DNA of 64,000 bases from Octopus sinensis. Lineage: Eukaryota. How positions within the stretch are numbered: the first letter of the stretch is position 1; the number at the start of each line of letters is the position of its first letter. A model generated the notes under the pieces. It ran no database searches. It was not told the DNA's origin and was given only the letters and a program-made list of their open reading frames with translations. The stretch spans positions 64,790,001 to 64,854,000 of the forward strand of contig NC_043009.1 in the NCBI RefSeq assembly GCF_006345805.1. Reading direction: 5' to 3'. The position numbers and the translations under genes are program-made. This document shows, piece by piece, positions 12,366-26,054 of the stretch.

Positions 12366-13067
12366 ATCAGATCATGTACAGCACAACACAATGCATCTCA
12401 AATCATGTACAATGCAATACAACACATTTCTGTGTCACACACAACATAACACAGGGATGGGCAACTTTCAAGAAGCAAGTCGCAGGAGACATGACTCATT
12501 ACGCACCCTACACTATTAAGAAAATTCAAAATAATATTTCATCAGGCAGGCCATTCAGAAAGTCCTACAGTTTGCCCACGAATGGTATAACATACATCAC
12601 ACCCAACACTAAATATTAGGTCACAAACAACATATTACTACACACAGTTCTGCATTGTTTATTTTTAGTTCAGTTTGAAAGTTTCCAGTTGACAAATGAA
12701 ACAGTTTTCAGAGTAAAATATTTCAGTTATTTTCAACATCTAGGGCACAGGGTGTAGGTAGTATGTATTTATGAACAGAAGGGTTACAGGGAAGCACACA
12801 ACGAAAGCATCCTGAAGGAAACAGTAAAAACTACAACGTTAACATCAACAACTGGGAAGTTTTGGTTCCAGACAGGAGGAGCTTAGAGTTTCCTTATTCA
12901 TCGGGTACCATGTCACTTTGAACAATCTACCAAGAATATTGTGAGATCTAGAACATTGTGAAGCCAGGAGAGAGAAGAAAACAATTAACCATTATCAACA
13001 TCCTTCTTCTTTTCAGGCACTGAATAACATCTCCCCTCCCCATGCCTCCTCCCACATTCCTTTCCCT

Positions 13068-13766
13068 ATTTTTAGAGTTGGCACAGTCAATGTAGGCACA
13101 CTGAAAGGTAAGTCTAGTGAGATTGCAGAGATGCATGAATGGAGATGTGGTGATGTATTCTGCATACAAGAGGTAAGGTGGAAAGGAGTTTCATTTAGGG
13201 CCTTCACAGGCAAGGCACATATGTAAAAATTCTTCTGGGAAGGTAACAGTGATGGAGTAGGGGGTGTAGGCATACTCCTTGTGGAGAAATGGGTGAATAA
13301 GGTCATAGAGGTAGTCAGGGTAAGCGATAGAGTGCTTAAGCTCAGGCTAGTCCTGCAGAATAGTATAGCTACAATTATCTCTGCCTATGCCCCACAAGCG
13401 GGCTACCAAACTATCAGAAAGACCACTTTTATGACACTCTTCTACAGGCCACCCCAAAGACAAGTGGCAATGACCTCATCTTTGCGGCTGGAGATTTTGA
13501 TGGATATTCGGATGGCAATCCAGTATCTTCTATGGTGTTCATGGGAGGGCCATGGAATTGGTTCCCAAAACGAAGAGGGAACTAGGCTACTGGAGTTCCG
13601 TGATGCATGCAACCTGTTACTCTGCAACACTAACTTCAGGAAGCCAGACAGCCACTTGATAATCTATCAGTCGGGTGACTCTGCTGGCCAGATTGATTTC
13701 ATCCTCACCAGACAATAGGAGGCAGGGTTGCTCCTAAATACAAAGACCCTCCCTGGTGAAGAATGT
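13068..13766 (+). mobile_element. RTE-clade LINE, APE endonuclease fragment
   Basis: IFRVGTVNVGTL...FCIQEVRWKG...GVGILL...IISAYAPQAG...QIDFILTR, with stops and frameshifts. Confidence 0.88.
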
Positions 13767-15027
13767 TTAACATCTGCTTTCCATGCTAGCATGGGTTGGA
13801 CGATTTGACTGAGGACTGGCGAACCAGATGGCTGCGCCAGGCTCCAATCTGCGCTGGCAGAGTTTCTACAGCTGGATGCCCTTCCTAACGCCAACCACTC
13901 CGGGAGTGTAGTGGGTGTTTTTACGTGCCACCTGCACAGGAGCCAGTCCAGTGGCACTGGCAATGACCTCACTCAAATGTTTTGTGTGTGTGTGTGTGTG
14001 TAACATCATCATCATCGTTTAACGTCCGTTTTCTATGCTGGCATGAGTTGGACAATTTGACTGAGGACTGGTGAACCAGATGGCTGCACCAGGCTCCAAT
14101 CTGCTCTGGCAGAGTTTCTACAGCTGGTGATGCAATGTCAATAATAATGGTGTTGGCTGTAGTGTTAACTAATAATAATAGTTGTACTACGATGGGCTGC
14201 TGGTAATGATTGTACAGGTGTAGTGTATACAACAATCTCTCTGGGGTGGTTGCACTGGTGTAGTCATGTGATATAATAATTGAGGTGTGGTGAAAGTATT
14301 CAAAGTGTGGTAGTAGCAAATAGAGGTGTGGTGGCAGCAATCAAGATGCAAAAGTAGCAATCAAACTGTAACACTTGCATAAGATATAGAGGTGGTAGCA
14401 GTAGCAATAGTGGGGTGTGGTGAGAGCAATTGAGGAATGACAGCAGAGTGTAGCAATGTCAACAGAGAAACGAAGGTAGCTAGAGTAAAAGAAAAAATCT
14501 CCGATAAGCAAACATAACGCAAAAGGTGAAGCAGACAGGACGACTAACGAGGAATTATCAATGACTAGTAAAAGCATTAAGGGGAAAAAAAAAGTGTCAA
14601 AAGGGACATTTAACAAGAAATAACAAACTTTTGTCTACCTGGATCTCCTAAACTAAATACCCTAATTAAAAAGCGGAATGTTGTTCAGACAGTTATGATT
14701 GATTGATTGATATACATACATACATACATGCATACATATATATACATATATATATATATACACACATATATATACATATATATATATATACATATGTATA
14801 TATATATATATATATATTGTTCCAGTGGCACGCTGTGCCGGTTCACGTAAAAAGCACCCACTACAGTTACGGAGTGGTTGGCGTTAGGAAGGGCATCCAG
14901 CTGTAGTAACACTGCCAGATCAGACTGGGCCTGGTGCAGCCTCCTGGCTTCCCAGACCCCAGTTGAACCGTCCAATCCATGCTAGCATGGAAAGCAGATG
15001 TTAAACGATGATGATGATGATATATAC

Positions 15028-15148
15028 TTTATCAAAAAGTGGCAAAAATATCACAAAATCTGTTACTCAGAGTTTCACGTTTCCGACGAAGAGAAATGTG
15101 AAACTCTGAGTAACAGTTTTGTGATATTTTTGCTTCTTTTTAATAAAG
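15028..15148. repeat. Foldback repeat with ~55-bp arms and an HHR-like half
   Basis: CAAAAATATCACAAAA.CTGTTACTCAGAGTTTCAC mirrored; includes CCGACGAA...GAAA-CTC T GAG-TA-ACAG. Confidence 0.75.
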
Positions 15149-15234
15149 CATATTACTCTATATCTGGTATTCGAGTACTATTTTCTCCACCTTGTTTCGC
15201 ATTTACGTTCTTACTTCGGATATATATATATATA

Positions 15235-15521
15235 CAATTGCAGCATGGAAGGTGTTTGTAAGCCATTTAAGAAACACACAAAACCCGTTCAATTCACTTC
15301 AACATTTAAGTTTAATTTGTCAAAATATTTTCGTCGCTAAAATCCGCGACCTGTTCACTGACAAAAATCCATGCTGCAACTGCACGGATTTTTGTCAGTG
15401 AATAGATCCCAGATTTTAGCGACGAAAATATTTTGACAAATTAAACTTAAATGTTGAAGTGAATTGAACGGCTTTTGTGTGTTTCTTAAATGGCTTACAA
15501 ACACCTTCCACGCTGCAATTG
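15235..15521. repeat. Long near-perfect foldback with ~140-bp arms and 7-nt loop
   Basis: 15235-15374 mirrors 15382-15521. Confidence 0.92.
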
Positions 15522-15822
15522 TTTTCGTTCCAACACACGATCTCAGATCAAATCACTTGCTATACGTGTACACCTCCCTATATATATATATATATATATA
15601 TATATGGGTGGCACGTAAAAAGCACCCACTACACTCATGGAGTGGTTGGCGTTAGGAAGGGCATCCAGCTGTAGAAACACTGCCAGATCTGACTGGGCCT
15701 GACGAAGCCTTCCAGCTTCACAAACCCCAGTTGAACCGTCCAACCCATGCTAGCATGGAAAGCGGACGCTAAATGATGATGATGATGATATATATAATAT
15801 GTGGCAATTATTCGGTAGCCAT

Positions 15823-15883
15823 GATAAAACTCCGAGTTTCGAATGTCGGGGCAGAAACCCACACTGGCATCTCTTCAGTTATC
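15823..15883 (-). ncRNA. Type I hammerhead motif, intact core, sense to GIPC pre-mRNA
   Basis: Minus strand GATAA-CTGAAGA-GATG...CATTC-GAAA-CTC G GAG-TT^-TTATC. Confidence 0.75.
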
Positions 15884-16498
15884 GGGCCGTCAAAAAAAAA
15901 AAAAATTGAATAAGCTATCAGATAAAACTTGAAGACTCTGCCAAAACTAATGACAGGGAACATGAAATTGGAATAACTAGGTGTGCGGTATCAGCTGCAA
16001 TAACCATAAATGTATTGAATACTGTTTGGAACTTTGAGCCAAGGCTGGCTCAAGGTACCAGCAACTCAGGCAGTCACCTGAGGTACCATGTGCTAGGAGG
16101 AGCCAAGGAGGGTGTGACAAAGACAAAGAAATCTCCATGACTGTCAGCTTGTACATGCTGAAGTTCAGCTTGCTTGGGGTACCAGCAACCCTAGGACCAG
16201 CCCTGCTTCCAGCCTGTACCAAAGTGCACAACACACACACACAATGTGTGAAGAAAGAGTGAGAGACAGAAAGGGAGTTTTCTCAAAGCTGTAAAATCTT
16301 CATCCTGATGATTCCAAGCTACACATGGCCAGTCTTTAGATGAGAGTGGAGCTTTGAAACATTACAACGGCAAGAATTTAAATACCACAGTGAGAAGCAA
16401 TCACCAAATAAACATTTGATAATGATAGTGGTGTCAACTTATTAGACATTACCGGAAATTGAGAAACTAGCAGTTTTAAACCACATCATAAACGAAAA

Positions 16499-16556
<58 letters not shown>

Positions 16557-17128
16557 AGATGAGTACCAATGTTTGCATGTAATAGGCTTGATAATTGTTA
16601 CTGAAAAATTTCTCTCTACATGAAACAATTGGTAGCCTTGTTGTTAACTCACAAATAAAGAATATCTATCCATCAATGCGCTGTCATGCACACATATCAC
16701 TGTTCAATATTAGCATATATCTATATGTGTGTGTGTATATATATATTAATCACAATACATACATAGACACACACATGCACATGTGTGTGTGTGTGTGTGT
16801 GTGTGGTGTGTTTATAGCACAATTGTCCAAGGTGGAATAGTGGGATAGCATGACTGCAAAGCCAACACCTTAAGCACTTAACCATGATCTGTGAACAATA
16901 GTGTGTCACAGGTTACAGGTTTCTAATGCGCCAGCCATTGACTCACGGAAATTCTAACAGTGAAGAGTAACAATAACAAGGGAGTGTCACTAGATCTTTG
17001 TAGCCTGAATGCTATGCATTAGCAAAAGACATGCACATACGCACACAATACACACACACACTGTCATACATACACACACACACTGTCATACATACACACC
17101 TCTTTCATTGTATATCATCATCATCAAA

Positions 17129-17513
17129 GTGGAGGCGCAATGGCCCAGTGGTTAGGGCAGCGGACTTGCGGTCGTAGGATCGCGGTTTCGATTCCCAGAC
17201 CGGGCGTTGTGAGTGTTTATTGAGCGAAAACACCTAAAAGCTCCACTAGGCTCCGGCAGGGGGTGGTGGTGATCCCTGCTGTACTCTTTCACCACAACTT
17301 TCTCTCACTCTTACTTCCTGTTTCGGTTGTACCTGTATTTCAAAGGGCCGGCCTTGTCACTCTCTGTGTCACGCTGAATATCCCCAAGAACTGCGTTAAG
17401 GGTACACGTGTCTGTGGAGTGCTCAGCCACTTACACGTTAATTTCATGAGCAGGCTGTTCCGTTGATCGGATCAACCAGAACCCTCGTCGTCGTAACCGA
17501 CGGAGTGCTTCCA
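17129..17513 (+). mobile_element. SINE family B head with alternative 3' body
   Basis: Same first ~180 nt, then GTACCTGTATTTCAAAGGGCC...GTAACCGACGGAGTG body, also seen at 26180-26430. Confidence 0.8.
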
Positions 17514-17818
17514 CATCATCATCATTATTTAATGTCCATATTCCATGCTGGCATGGGTCGGACAGTTTTAACGTGAGCTGGGAAGCTACGCGGCAGCACG
17601 AGGTTCCAACTGTCTGTTTTGCATGCTTTCTGCAGCTGGATGCCCTTCCTGACACCAACCATGCTACAGAAAGAGCATCTGCCTGTAGAGAATCTGTCTC
17701 AGGAAACCAATGCAAGCATGAAAAAGTGAGTATTAAAATGATAATAATGGTGAGGATGTGAGTGTATGCGTATGTGTGTGTGTGTGTGCGAGTGAGTATA
17801 TATATTATATATATATAT

Positions 17819-17901
<83 letters not shown>

Positions 17902-17902
17902 T

Positions 17903-17943
<41 letters not shown>

Positions 17944-18017
17944 GCATACACTCACATCCTCACCATCATTATATATGTATATGTATATATAGCTGTATAT
18001 ATATGTATGTATGTATG

Positions 18018-18058
<41 letters not shown>

Positions 18059-18609
18059 TTTATGTGTGTGGTGTGTGTGTGTGTGTATATAATAATATAC
18101 AAATATATGCATATATACACACATATATGTACATACCTACATATATGTGAGTTCAAATTCCGCCATGGTTGACTTTGCCTTTCCTCCTTTCAGGGTCGAT
18201 AAATTAATTACCAGTTACGCACTGGAGTCAATGTAATCGACTTAATCCCTTTGTCTGCCCTTATTTGTCCCCTCTATGTTTAGCCCCTTGTGGGCAATAA
18301 AAAAATAAGAAACATTAGCACAACGGGTAAAATGCTCAGCAGTGTTTTGTCTGTCTGTATATTCTGAGTTCAAATTCCGTGGAAGTCAACTTTGCCTTTC
18401 ATCTTTTCGGGGTCGATAAATTAAGTACCAGTTGCATACTGGAGTTGATCTAATTGACTGGCCCCCCTCCCCTTAAAATTTCGGGCCTTGTGCCTAGAGT
18501 AGAAAATATTGTTTCACCAACATCTGTAGAAGATTCATCAGGCATGCAATGACACTGCTAAATCAAACTCTACTCCACAGAATATATGGGTACATATTAC
18601 TCTTTACCC

Positions 18610-19001
18610 TTTTACTTGTTTCAGTCATTTGACTGCGGCCATGCTGGAGCACCGCCTTTAATTGAGCAACTCGACCCCGGGACTTATTCTTTTGTAAGCC
18701 CAGTACTTATTCTATCGGTATCTTTTGCCGAACCGCTAAGTAACGGGGACATAAACACACCAGCATCGTTTGTCAAGCAATGCTAGGGGGAGAAACACAG
18801 ACACACAAACACACACACGCATATATATATACATATATACGATGGGCTTCTTTCAGTTTCCATCTACCAAATCCACTCACAAGGCTTTGGTCGGCCCGAG
18901 GCTATAGTAGAAGAAACTTGCCCAAGGTGCCACGCAGTGGGACTGAACCCGGAACCATGTGGTTGGTAAGCAAACTACTTACCACACAGCCACTCCTGCG
19001 C
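18610..19001 (-). mobile_element. SINE family A copy
   Basis: Homology to 4900-5292. Confidence 0.85.
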
Positions 19002-20089
19002 ATATATTGATTCTATTACAACCATTTCACATACACATACACACACACACATGCACTCAGATACACACAGGCACTCACACATATACAAACACATGCAAGT
19101 CATCTGTCAATCTCTAAAGATATAGTACAAAACACTCGCTCAATATGCTCCACTAGTGAACTGAACTCAGAGCAACCTGGCTTCAAAACGGACGTTTTTA
19201 ACCACACAGCTATCTAATACTGAAGCACACCCAAATCACACTGGCAATATTATTAATGTTGTAAGCTTTATCTAGACCAAAATAAATACAACAATTAACA
19301 CACACACAGTGTACCCTAGCAACCAACTGTGATGAGTTTGATTGCAGAATAAAGGCTGCCATTAACAATGAATATAACAAATATTACAGGATTGTTATGA
19401 CAACGTAAGTCTTATGATTGTCGTCCATTGAAAAACAGCAGAAACAAAGTATAAGGCACTTGAGGAGCCTGTATGTGACCTCCAGAAATGCTAGAAATAA
19501 AAGCCAAATCTCCTGCAAAGCACACTCTTACTGTATTTAAAGAAAAAAATAAGAGATGTATTTGACAATATAGTCCTGGTTTTGTAATTCCTAGTAAAAA
19601 AAAGTGATGATTCTAATTGGAAAGCTTGAGATTCTATCCCTGGACAATATGAGCTGACCAATGCCATAACAATATTCTTTTCTACTCTAGGCCCAAGGCC
19701 CGAAATTTTGGGGGAGTGGGCCAGTCAATTAGATCAACACCAGTACGCAACTGGTACTTAATTTATCAAGTCCAAAAGGAGGAAAGGTAAAGTTGACCTT
19801 GGCAGAATTTGAACTCAGAATCTAAAGACAAACGACGCCCAGCGTGCTAACATTTCTGCCAGCTCACCACCTTAATAATAATAATAATAATGATGATGAT
19901 GATAATAATAATCTTTCCTACTCTAGACACAAAGTCCGAAATTTTGTGGGAGTGGGCCAGTCAATTAGATGAAGACCAGTATGCAATTGGTACTTAATTT
20001 ATCGATCCCAAAAGGATGAAAGGCAAAGTTGACCTTGGTGGAATTTGAACTCAGAACATAAATACACATATACTTTCTCTTTCATTCTT

Positions 20090-20603
20090 TTACTGGATTC
20101 AGTCATTTGACAGTGGCCATGCTGGAGCACTACCTTCAGTCAAACAAATCGTCCCTGGGACTTATTCTTTGTAAGCCTAGTACTTATTCTATCAGTCTCT
20201 TTTGCCAAACTGCTAAGTTATGGGGACGTAAACACACCAACATCGGTTGTCAAGTGATGGTGGGGGGGGACAAACACAGACACACAAATATATATATGTA
20301 TGTATGTATGGATGGATGTATATATGTATGTATGTATAACATAAGGTATAATTATAAATGGCAAATTTTAGTCATTTCTCCGTATACTGAAAAAAAATGA
20401 TGAACAACCTTAATCGATTTTCGAACCTTATTGAGTTCTGATCAGAGGCATCCACAACATGACGGGCTTCTTTCAGTTTCCTTCAACTATATCCACTCAC
20501 AAGGCTTTGGTTGGCCCAAGGCTATAGTAGAAGACACTTGCCCAAGGTGCCACCCAGTGGGACTGAACCCGGAACTATGTGGTTGATAAGCAAGCTACTT
20601 ACC
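20090..20603 (-). mobile_element. SINE family A copy, interrupted
   Basis: Tail half 20090-20285 and head half 20460-20603. Confidence 0.75.
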
Positions 20604-21300
20604 ACACAGCCACTCCTGCGCCTCCTTATATTTTCAAATGGGTGACTATGTATATGTGCATGAATGAATGTTCTCTTTCTCTTTTTAATTTAGAATAAAT
20701 TTTGACTGGCCACCTGCTTGGAAGCAAGGTTGTGAAGGAAAACATCTTGTTTTAACCATCATCATTTAAACCTTAAGAAGCTCTTGCAGAGTCTTACAGT
20801 TCCGGATATTGTGAGTATTTGTAGTCTATGAATTAAGGATTTACATTCTCTAGCAAAGGTGCTAAGTTCAGCCATACTTTGCTCCAGACTGGTCAGTATG
20901 TAGCCTGTTGCTCCAGCAATAGTATGTATGAAGCTGGACTTCTTAACAATGGTCCTTAGATGTCCTCTTCCTCTTGTATTTTTCTATATGTGTACATGTT
21001 ATACATGTATGTATGTATGTATGTTTGTATGTATGTATGTATGTATGTATGTATGTATGTATGTATGTATGTATGTATGTATGTATGTATGTATGTATGT
21101 ATGTATGTATATATAGGCACAGGGGTGGCTGTGTGGTAAGAAGCTTGCTTCTCAACCACACAGTTCCGGATTCAGTCCCACTGCGTGGCACCTTGGCCAA
21201 GTATCCTCTACTATAACCTCAGGCTGACCAAAGACTTGTGAGAAGATTTGGTAGACGGAAACTGAAAGAAACCTATATGTGTGTGTGTGTGTGTGTATAT

Positions 21301-22976
21301 ATCATCATCATCACTGTCGTTTAATGTCTGCTTTCCATGGGTTGGATGATTTGACTGAGGACTGGCAAAGTAGATGACTGCACCAGGCTCCAATCTGATC
21401 TGGCAGAGCTTCTACAGCTGGATGCCCTTCCTAACACCAACCACTCCAAGAGTGTAGTGGGTGCTTTTACATGTCACCGGCATGAAGGCCAGTCAGGTGA
21501 TATTAGCAATGACCATGCTTAAATGGTGTTTTTTACAGGCCACCTGCCCAGGAGCCAGTCCAGTGGCACTGGCAACGACCTCGTTCAAATTTCTTTTTTT
21601 CATGTGCCACCGGCACAAGTGCCAGTAAGGCTATGGCTGGTAACGATCATGCTTGAATGGTGCTTTTTACGTGCCACCAGCATGGGAGCCAGTCAGCTGC
21701 TCTGGCAACGATCACACTTGGATGGTGCTCTTAGCTCTCCACTAGCACAGATGCTAGTCATCAAATTTGATTTTGATTTCGATTTCACTTGCCTCAACAG
21801 GTTTCGCAAGCAGAGTTTAGTGTCCAATGAAGGAAAAGTATGCATAAGTGGACTGGTTACACCCCTACCATAGGCCACGAGATTATGGTCTCATTTAGCT
21901 TGCCAGGTCTTCTCAAGCACAGCATCTCAGGTCTTCCTGGGTCTACCTCTTCCGCAGGTTCCCTCAACCGCTAGGGTGTGGCACTTTTTCACACAGCTAT
22001 CCCCATCCATTCTCACCACATGACCATACCAGCACAAACGTCTCTCTTGCACACCACATCTGATGCTTCTTAGGTCCAACTTTTCTCTCAAGGTACTTAC
22101 ACTCTGTCGAGTATGCACACTGACATTACACATCCATCGGATCATACTGGTATCATTCTTTGCGAGCTTACGCATGTCCTCAGTAGTCACGGACCATGTT
22201 TCATTGCCATGTAGCATGGCTGTTTGTACAGATGCGTCATACAGTCCACCTTTTACTCTGAGCGAGAGGCCCTTTTTCACCAGTAGATGTAAGAGCTCTC
22301 TGAACTTTGCCCAGGCTATTCTTATTCTAGTAGTTACACTTTCAGAACACCCACCCCCACTACTGATTTGGTTAACTAGGTAACAGAAGCTATCAACTAC
22401 TTCTAGTTTTTCTCCCTGGAATGTGGCGGAAGTTGTTCTCTGCACATTTTCAGTGTTTATTGCTCCTGAGCATCTGCCACATACAAAACCATCTTCCCAT
22501 TTAGCCTTCCTTTGATATTACTGCACCCCTTATGTGTCCATAGCTTACACTGGGTACATCTTATAGAGTTTCTACCCATGCCTTTTCTACAGATCAAGCA
22601 GGGCCATCTACCTGAAGGGATTTATGGTTTGCCTGCCTTCCTACTTATTAGGACTTTGGTTTTAGCTAGGCTGACTCTAAGGCCCTTCGATTCTAATCCT
22701 TGTTTCCATACCTGAAACTTCTCCTCTAGTTCTGATAGTGACTCAGTAATTAGAGCAAGGTTGTCAGCATAGAGGAGCTCCCACGGGCATCCTGTCTTGA
22801 ATTCCATTGTTATTGCCTGGAGGACTATGATAAAATAGGAGGGGGCTGAGGACTGAACCTTGGTGGACCCCTACCTCTACCTGGAATTCTTCACTGTACT
22901 TGTTGCCAACCCTCACCTTACTGAGAGCGTCCCTGTACATGGCTTGCACAGCTCTCACTAACCATTCATCTATCCC
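21301..22976 (-). mobile_element. 5'-truncated RTE-clade LINE (RT C-half, 3'UTR, (GAT)n tail)
   Basis: GVHQGSVLSPLLF, ELLYADNLAL, VDSFCYL, WYGHVVRM, GRGRPRKT; 3'UTR with TGGTGTTAGGAAGGGCATCCAGCTGTAG and a GAT tail. Confidence 0.92.
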
Positions 22977-23171
22977 TATATATATATATATAAACACATA
23001 TACATACATATGCCAAGTATGGGGGTTTAGTTCACAGGTGATCTAAATGACAAGGTGTGCTAGGTAAGTGCTGTAACGGATTACGAGGACTCCAAGGAAG
23101 GTTATAGCCGAGATGCTAGTTATGGAGATATTGCAGATTTCCGATATAGCGGATATATAATTGTTTAAGAG

Positions 23172-23263
23172 GACAACAAACGTTAAGGCAAGACAAACAT
23201 CTCAAGCCATATACAGTATTATTTATGACTTGAGATGTTTGCCATGTCTTAACATTTGTTGTC
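23172..23263 (-). other. Hairpin with 40-bp arms and 12-nt loop (pre-miRNA-like)
   Basis: 35 of 40 positions are Watson-Crick pairs; three more are G-U pairs on the minus strand. Function unproven. Confidence 0.5.
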
Positions 23264-23619
23264 ATCATCATCATCTGCAGCCAAATCATGTAGTCTTGGG
23301 TTGAGTCCCATTGCATGGCAACTTGAGCAAGTATTTCCCACTATAGCTCATAGCTAAACAAAGTCTTCTGAGTGGATTTGGTCGAGGGAAACTGAAAGAA
23401 GCCCTTCATATATGGCCTAGTGGTTGCAGCGCCTAATGGTGGCACAGCCTAGTGGTTGCATGGTCCAGTAGTTAAGGGTGTTGCACTCATGATTGCAAGA
23501 TCACGGTTTCAGTCCCTGGACCAGGTGGTGTGTTCTGGCACCTGACATGTGGCGCACTGTGCAAAACCATCTTTGTCTAACTACAAGAGACTCATGATAG
23601 ATCGTTAGTCACTACACAT

Positions 23620-23770
23620 TCTTTATTTTCTCTCCTTGTTTCTTTCTGTGGAAGAGCGTAGGCTCGAAACGTTAAATACTTTTTCACTCCCCCTGCATTA
23701 CACTAATACATTTGTTTGTTACACCACCTGTCTTCATCTTTTGTTTTTTTGTGAATTCTCCTTATATATA
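23620..23770 (+). mobile_element. HHR-like family A copy
   Basis: TCTTT-CTGTGGAA-GAGC GTAG GCTC-GAAA-CGTT-AAA; same body, ends at (TA)n. Confidence 0.62.
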
Positions 23771-25383
23771 TATATATCATCATCATCATCATTTAGCATT
23801 CGTTTATCCATGCTGGCATGGGTTGGATGGTTTGATCAGGGCTGACAAGCTGGAAGGCTGCACCAGACTCAAGTCTGATTTGGCATGGTTTCTATAGGTG
23901 GATGCCCTTCCTAACACCAACCACTCCACCTTCTTCTCAAGCCACAGCATATTGCCAAAAGTCTTGGTCATTTGTCATTGCCCCCGTGAGGCCCAACACT
24001 TGAAAGGTACTTATATATATATATATGCGTATATGTAGGTGTGTGTGTGTGTGTGTTTATATGAACTCTGGTCTAGACATCACAAGGAAGTTGTAAATGA
24101 GCATCACTGTCATACAAGAGGGAGTGTTCATTTCCAGTCTTCTGCGAAAAACATGTCTGGCAACAGGAAAATATTACCTTGATCAGAATCAGGTGAGAGT
24201 TGGCAAAGGGAAGAACAACCAGCCACAACCTTCCTCAACAAATTCCATCTGACCCAAAATGCAAATACGGAAAGGCTAACTTTAAATGATGATAATGGCT
24301 TATGAAAAGGAATAAGCAAAGGGAGACTGACATATATACCAGAATACACAAAGGATGGAATGCCAACTGACGGGAATATATGCTGAAGAGCAAAGCAATG
24401 AGTCTAAATTCTACATTTTCAGGAAAAAAAGAAGGCAGGATATAAGATGGAGAGAAAGAGAAAAGTGAGAGAAATATATTAAAACATCTCCGGAGTTGCT
24501 GTGTGGTAAGTAGCTTGCTTACCAACCACATGGTTCTGAGTTCAGTCCCACTGCGTGGCACCTTGGGTTAGTGTCTTCTACTATAAGCCTCATGCCAACC
24601 GAAGCCATGTGAATGGATTTGGGAAACTGAAAGAAGCCCATTGTATATATATATAAGACAAGCTCCCAATCCCCCGCCCCCCCATCAGCTGAGAAGGGTA
24701 CAGTATTGAAGGATGTGAATGTATGACGGAGACAGGAACTGATGCCTTGATGAAGAGGTGAATACACAGCTTCCTTATTTGCAGTGTAAAAATATCTCAA
24801 CTAATGTACAAGATTTTGTGCATTTCTGGGCCTTGCAGCCCTTAAAACAGAAAAGAAATTGTTACTTATTTCATCAATAAGAAAATAAATGTCATAAATT
24901 CATGGAAGAGAGGGACAATAAAAAGTTATGCCAGATATAGATGCAAAAAGAAAGTCCAACAGACACACGAGACACACATTTGCAAATAATGTGTGCTCAA
25001 ATAAATAGACAAACACCAACATGATTTGGACATATATATATATACAAAACACATGCATATATAGGTGGTACTCCAGCATGGCCGCAGTCAAAAGACTGAA
25101 ACAAATAAAAGAATAAAAGAATATGAAACATGCATGTGCATGTATAGACAGACAGACAGACAGATACATACATACATACAAACATACATACATGATACAT
25201 ACACACATACATACAAACACACAAACATATATACATACATACATGCATACATACATACATACGTACATCCATCCATACGTACATACATCGATACATACAT
25301 CGATACATACATCGATACATACATACATACATACATACATACATACATACATACATACATACATACATACATACATACATACA

Positions 25384-25418
<35 letters not shown>

Positions 25419-25669
25419 TTAGATGTACATACATACATAGACAGATAGACAGATAGATACAAGTAAAAGGCAAAATATGGAAAAAGTGAGGCCATACTAT
25501 TTGGAGTATAGCAAAGACAGCAAGCTGACCGTCAGCAACTAAAATGTGGACCATTTCCTGCTCTCTCTCTCTCTCTGACATCCAAACAGGCTTTCAAACC
25601 CCTCCACCAGCATAAGGGACATTCAGTATCTAGTTAGTGTTTGCCAAGGGTGAAAATTATCAGATCCAG

Positions 25670-26054
25670 CATACCTACACGATTGGGCCCCCATCGCACC
25701 CTGCTGATTTTGTTTCCTCGTAACTTTTAGAAAAATGAATATTATTTAATGAATTTACTATAAATATGTTTTAGATGGTGTAGATTCCGATTATATCGGA
25801 ATTACTTATGAAACATTTTTTTCTGGGGCTTGGGTGAGAAGTTTCTGAAAATTCAAGCGTGTCGGTTTTTGTGTTGTGTGTCCGTAGGTACGCGTGCACC
25901 TAAAACTTTTTTTTTTTTTTTCCATATTAAATTCTAATATAAACGTAATCTATACACTCTGAAAGGTATGTGTAGAAAATCTCATAAGAAAATATCCATT
26001 TTTTGAAAGTCATGAGGAAACAAAGTCGGGGTGGGGCACACTTGTGTAGTTATG
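25670..26054. mobile_element. Old MITE/foldback element with long diverged TIRs
   Basis: CATACCTACAC...TTTGTTTCCTCGTAACTTTTAGAAAAATG mirrored by CATTTTTTGAAAGTCATGAGGAAACAAA...GTGTAGTTATG. Confidence 0.7.

Noticed and set aside
13809-13832. CTGAGGA-CTGG CGAA CCAG in RTE 3'UTR copies resembles the 5' half of an HHR
   Set aside because: Followed by ATGG rather than GAAA; no stem III
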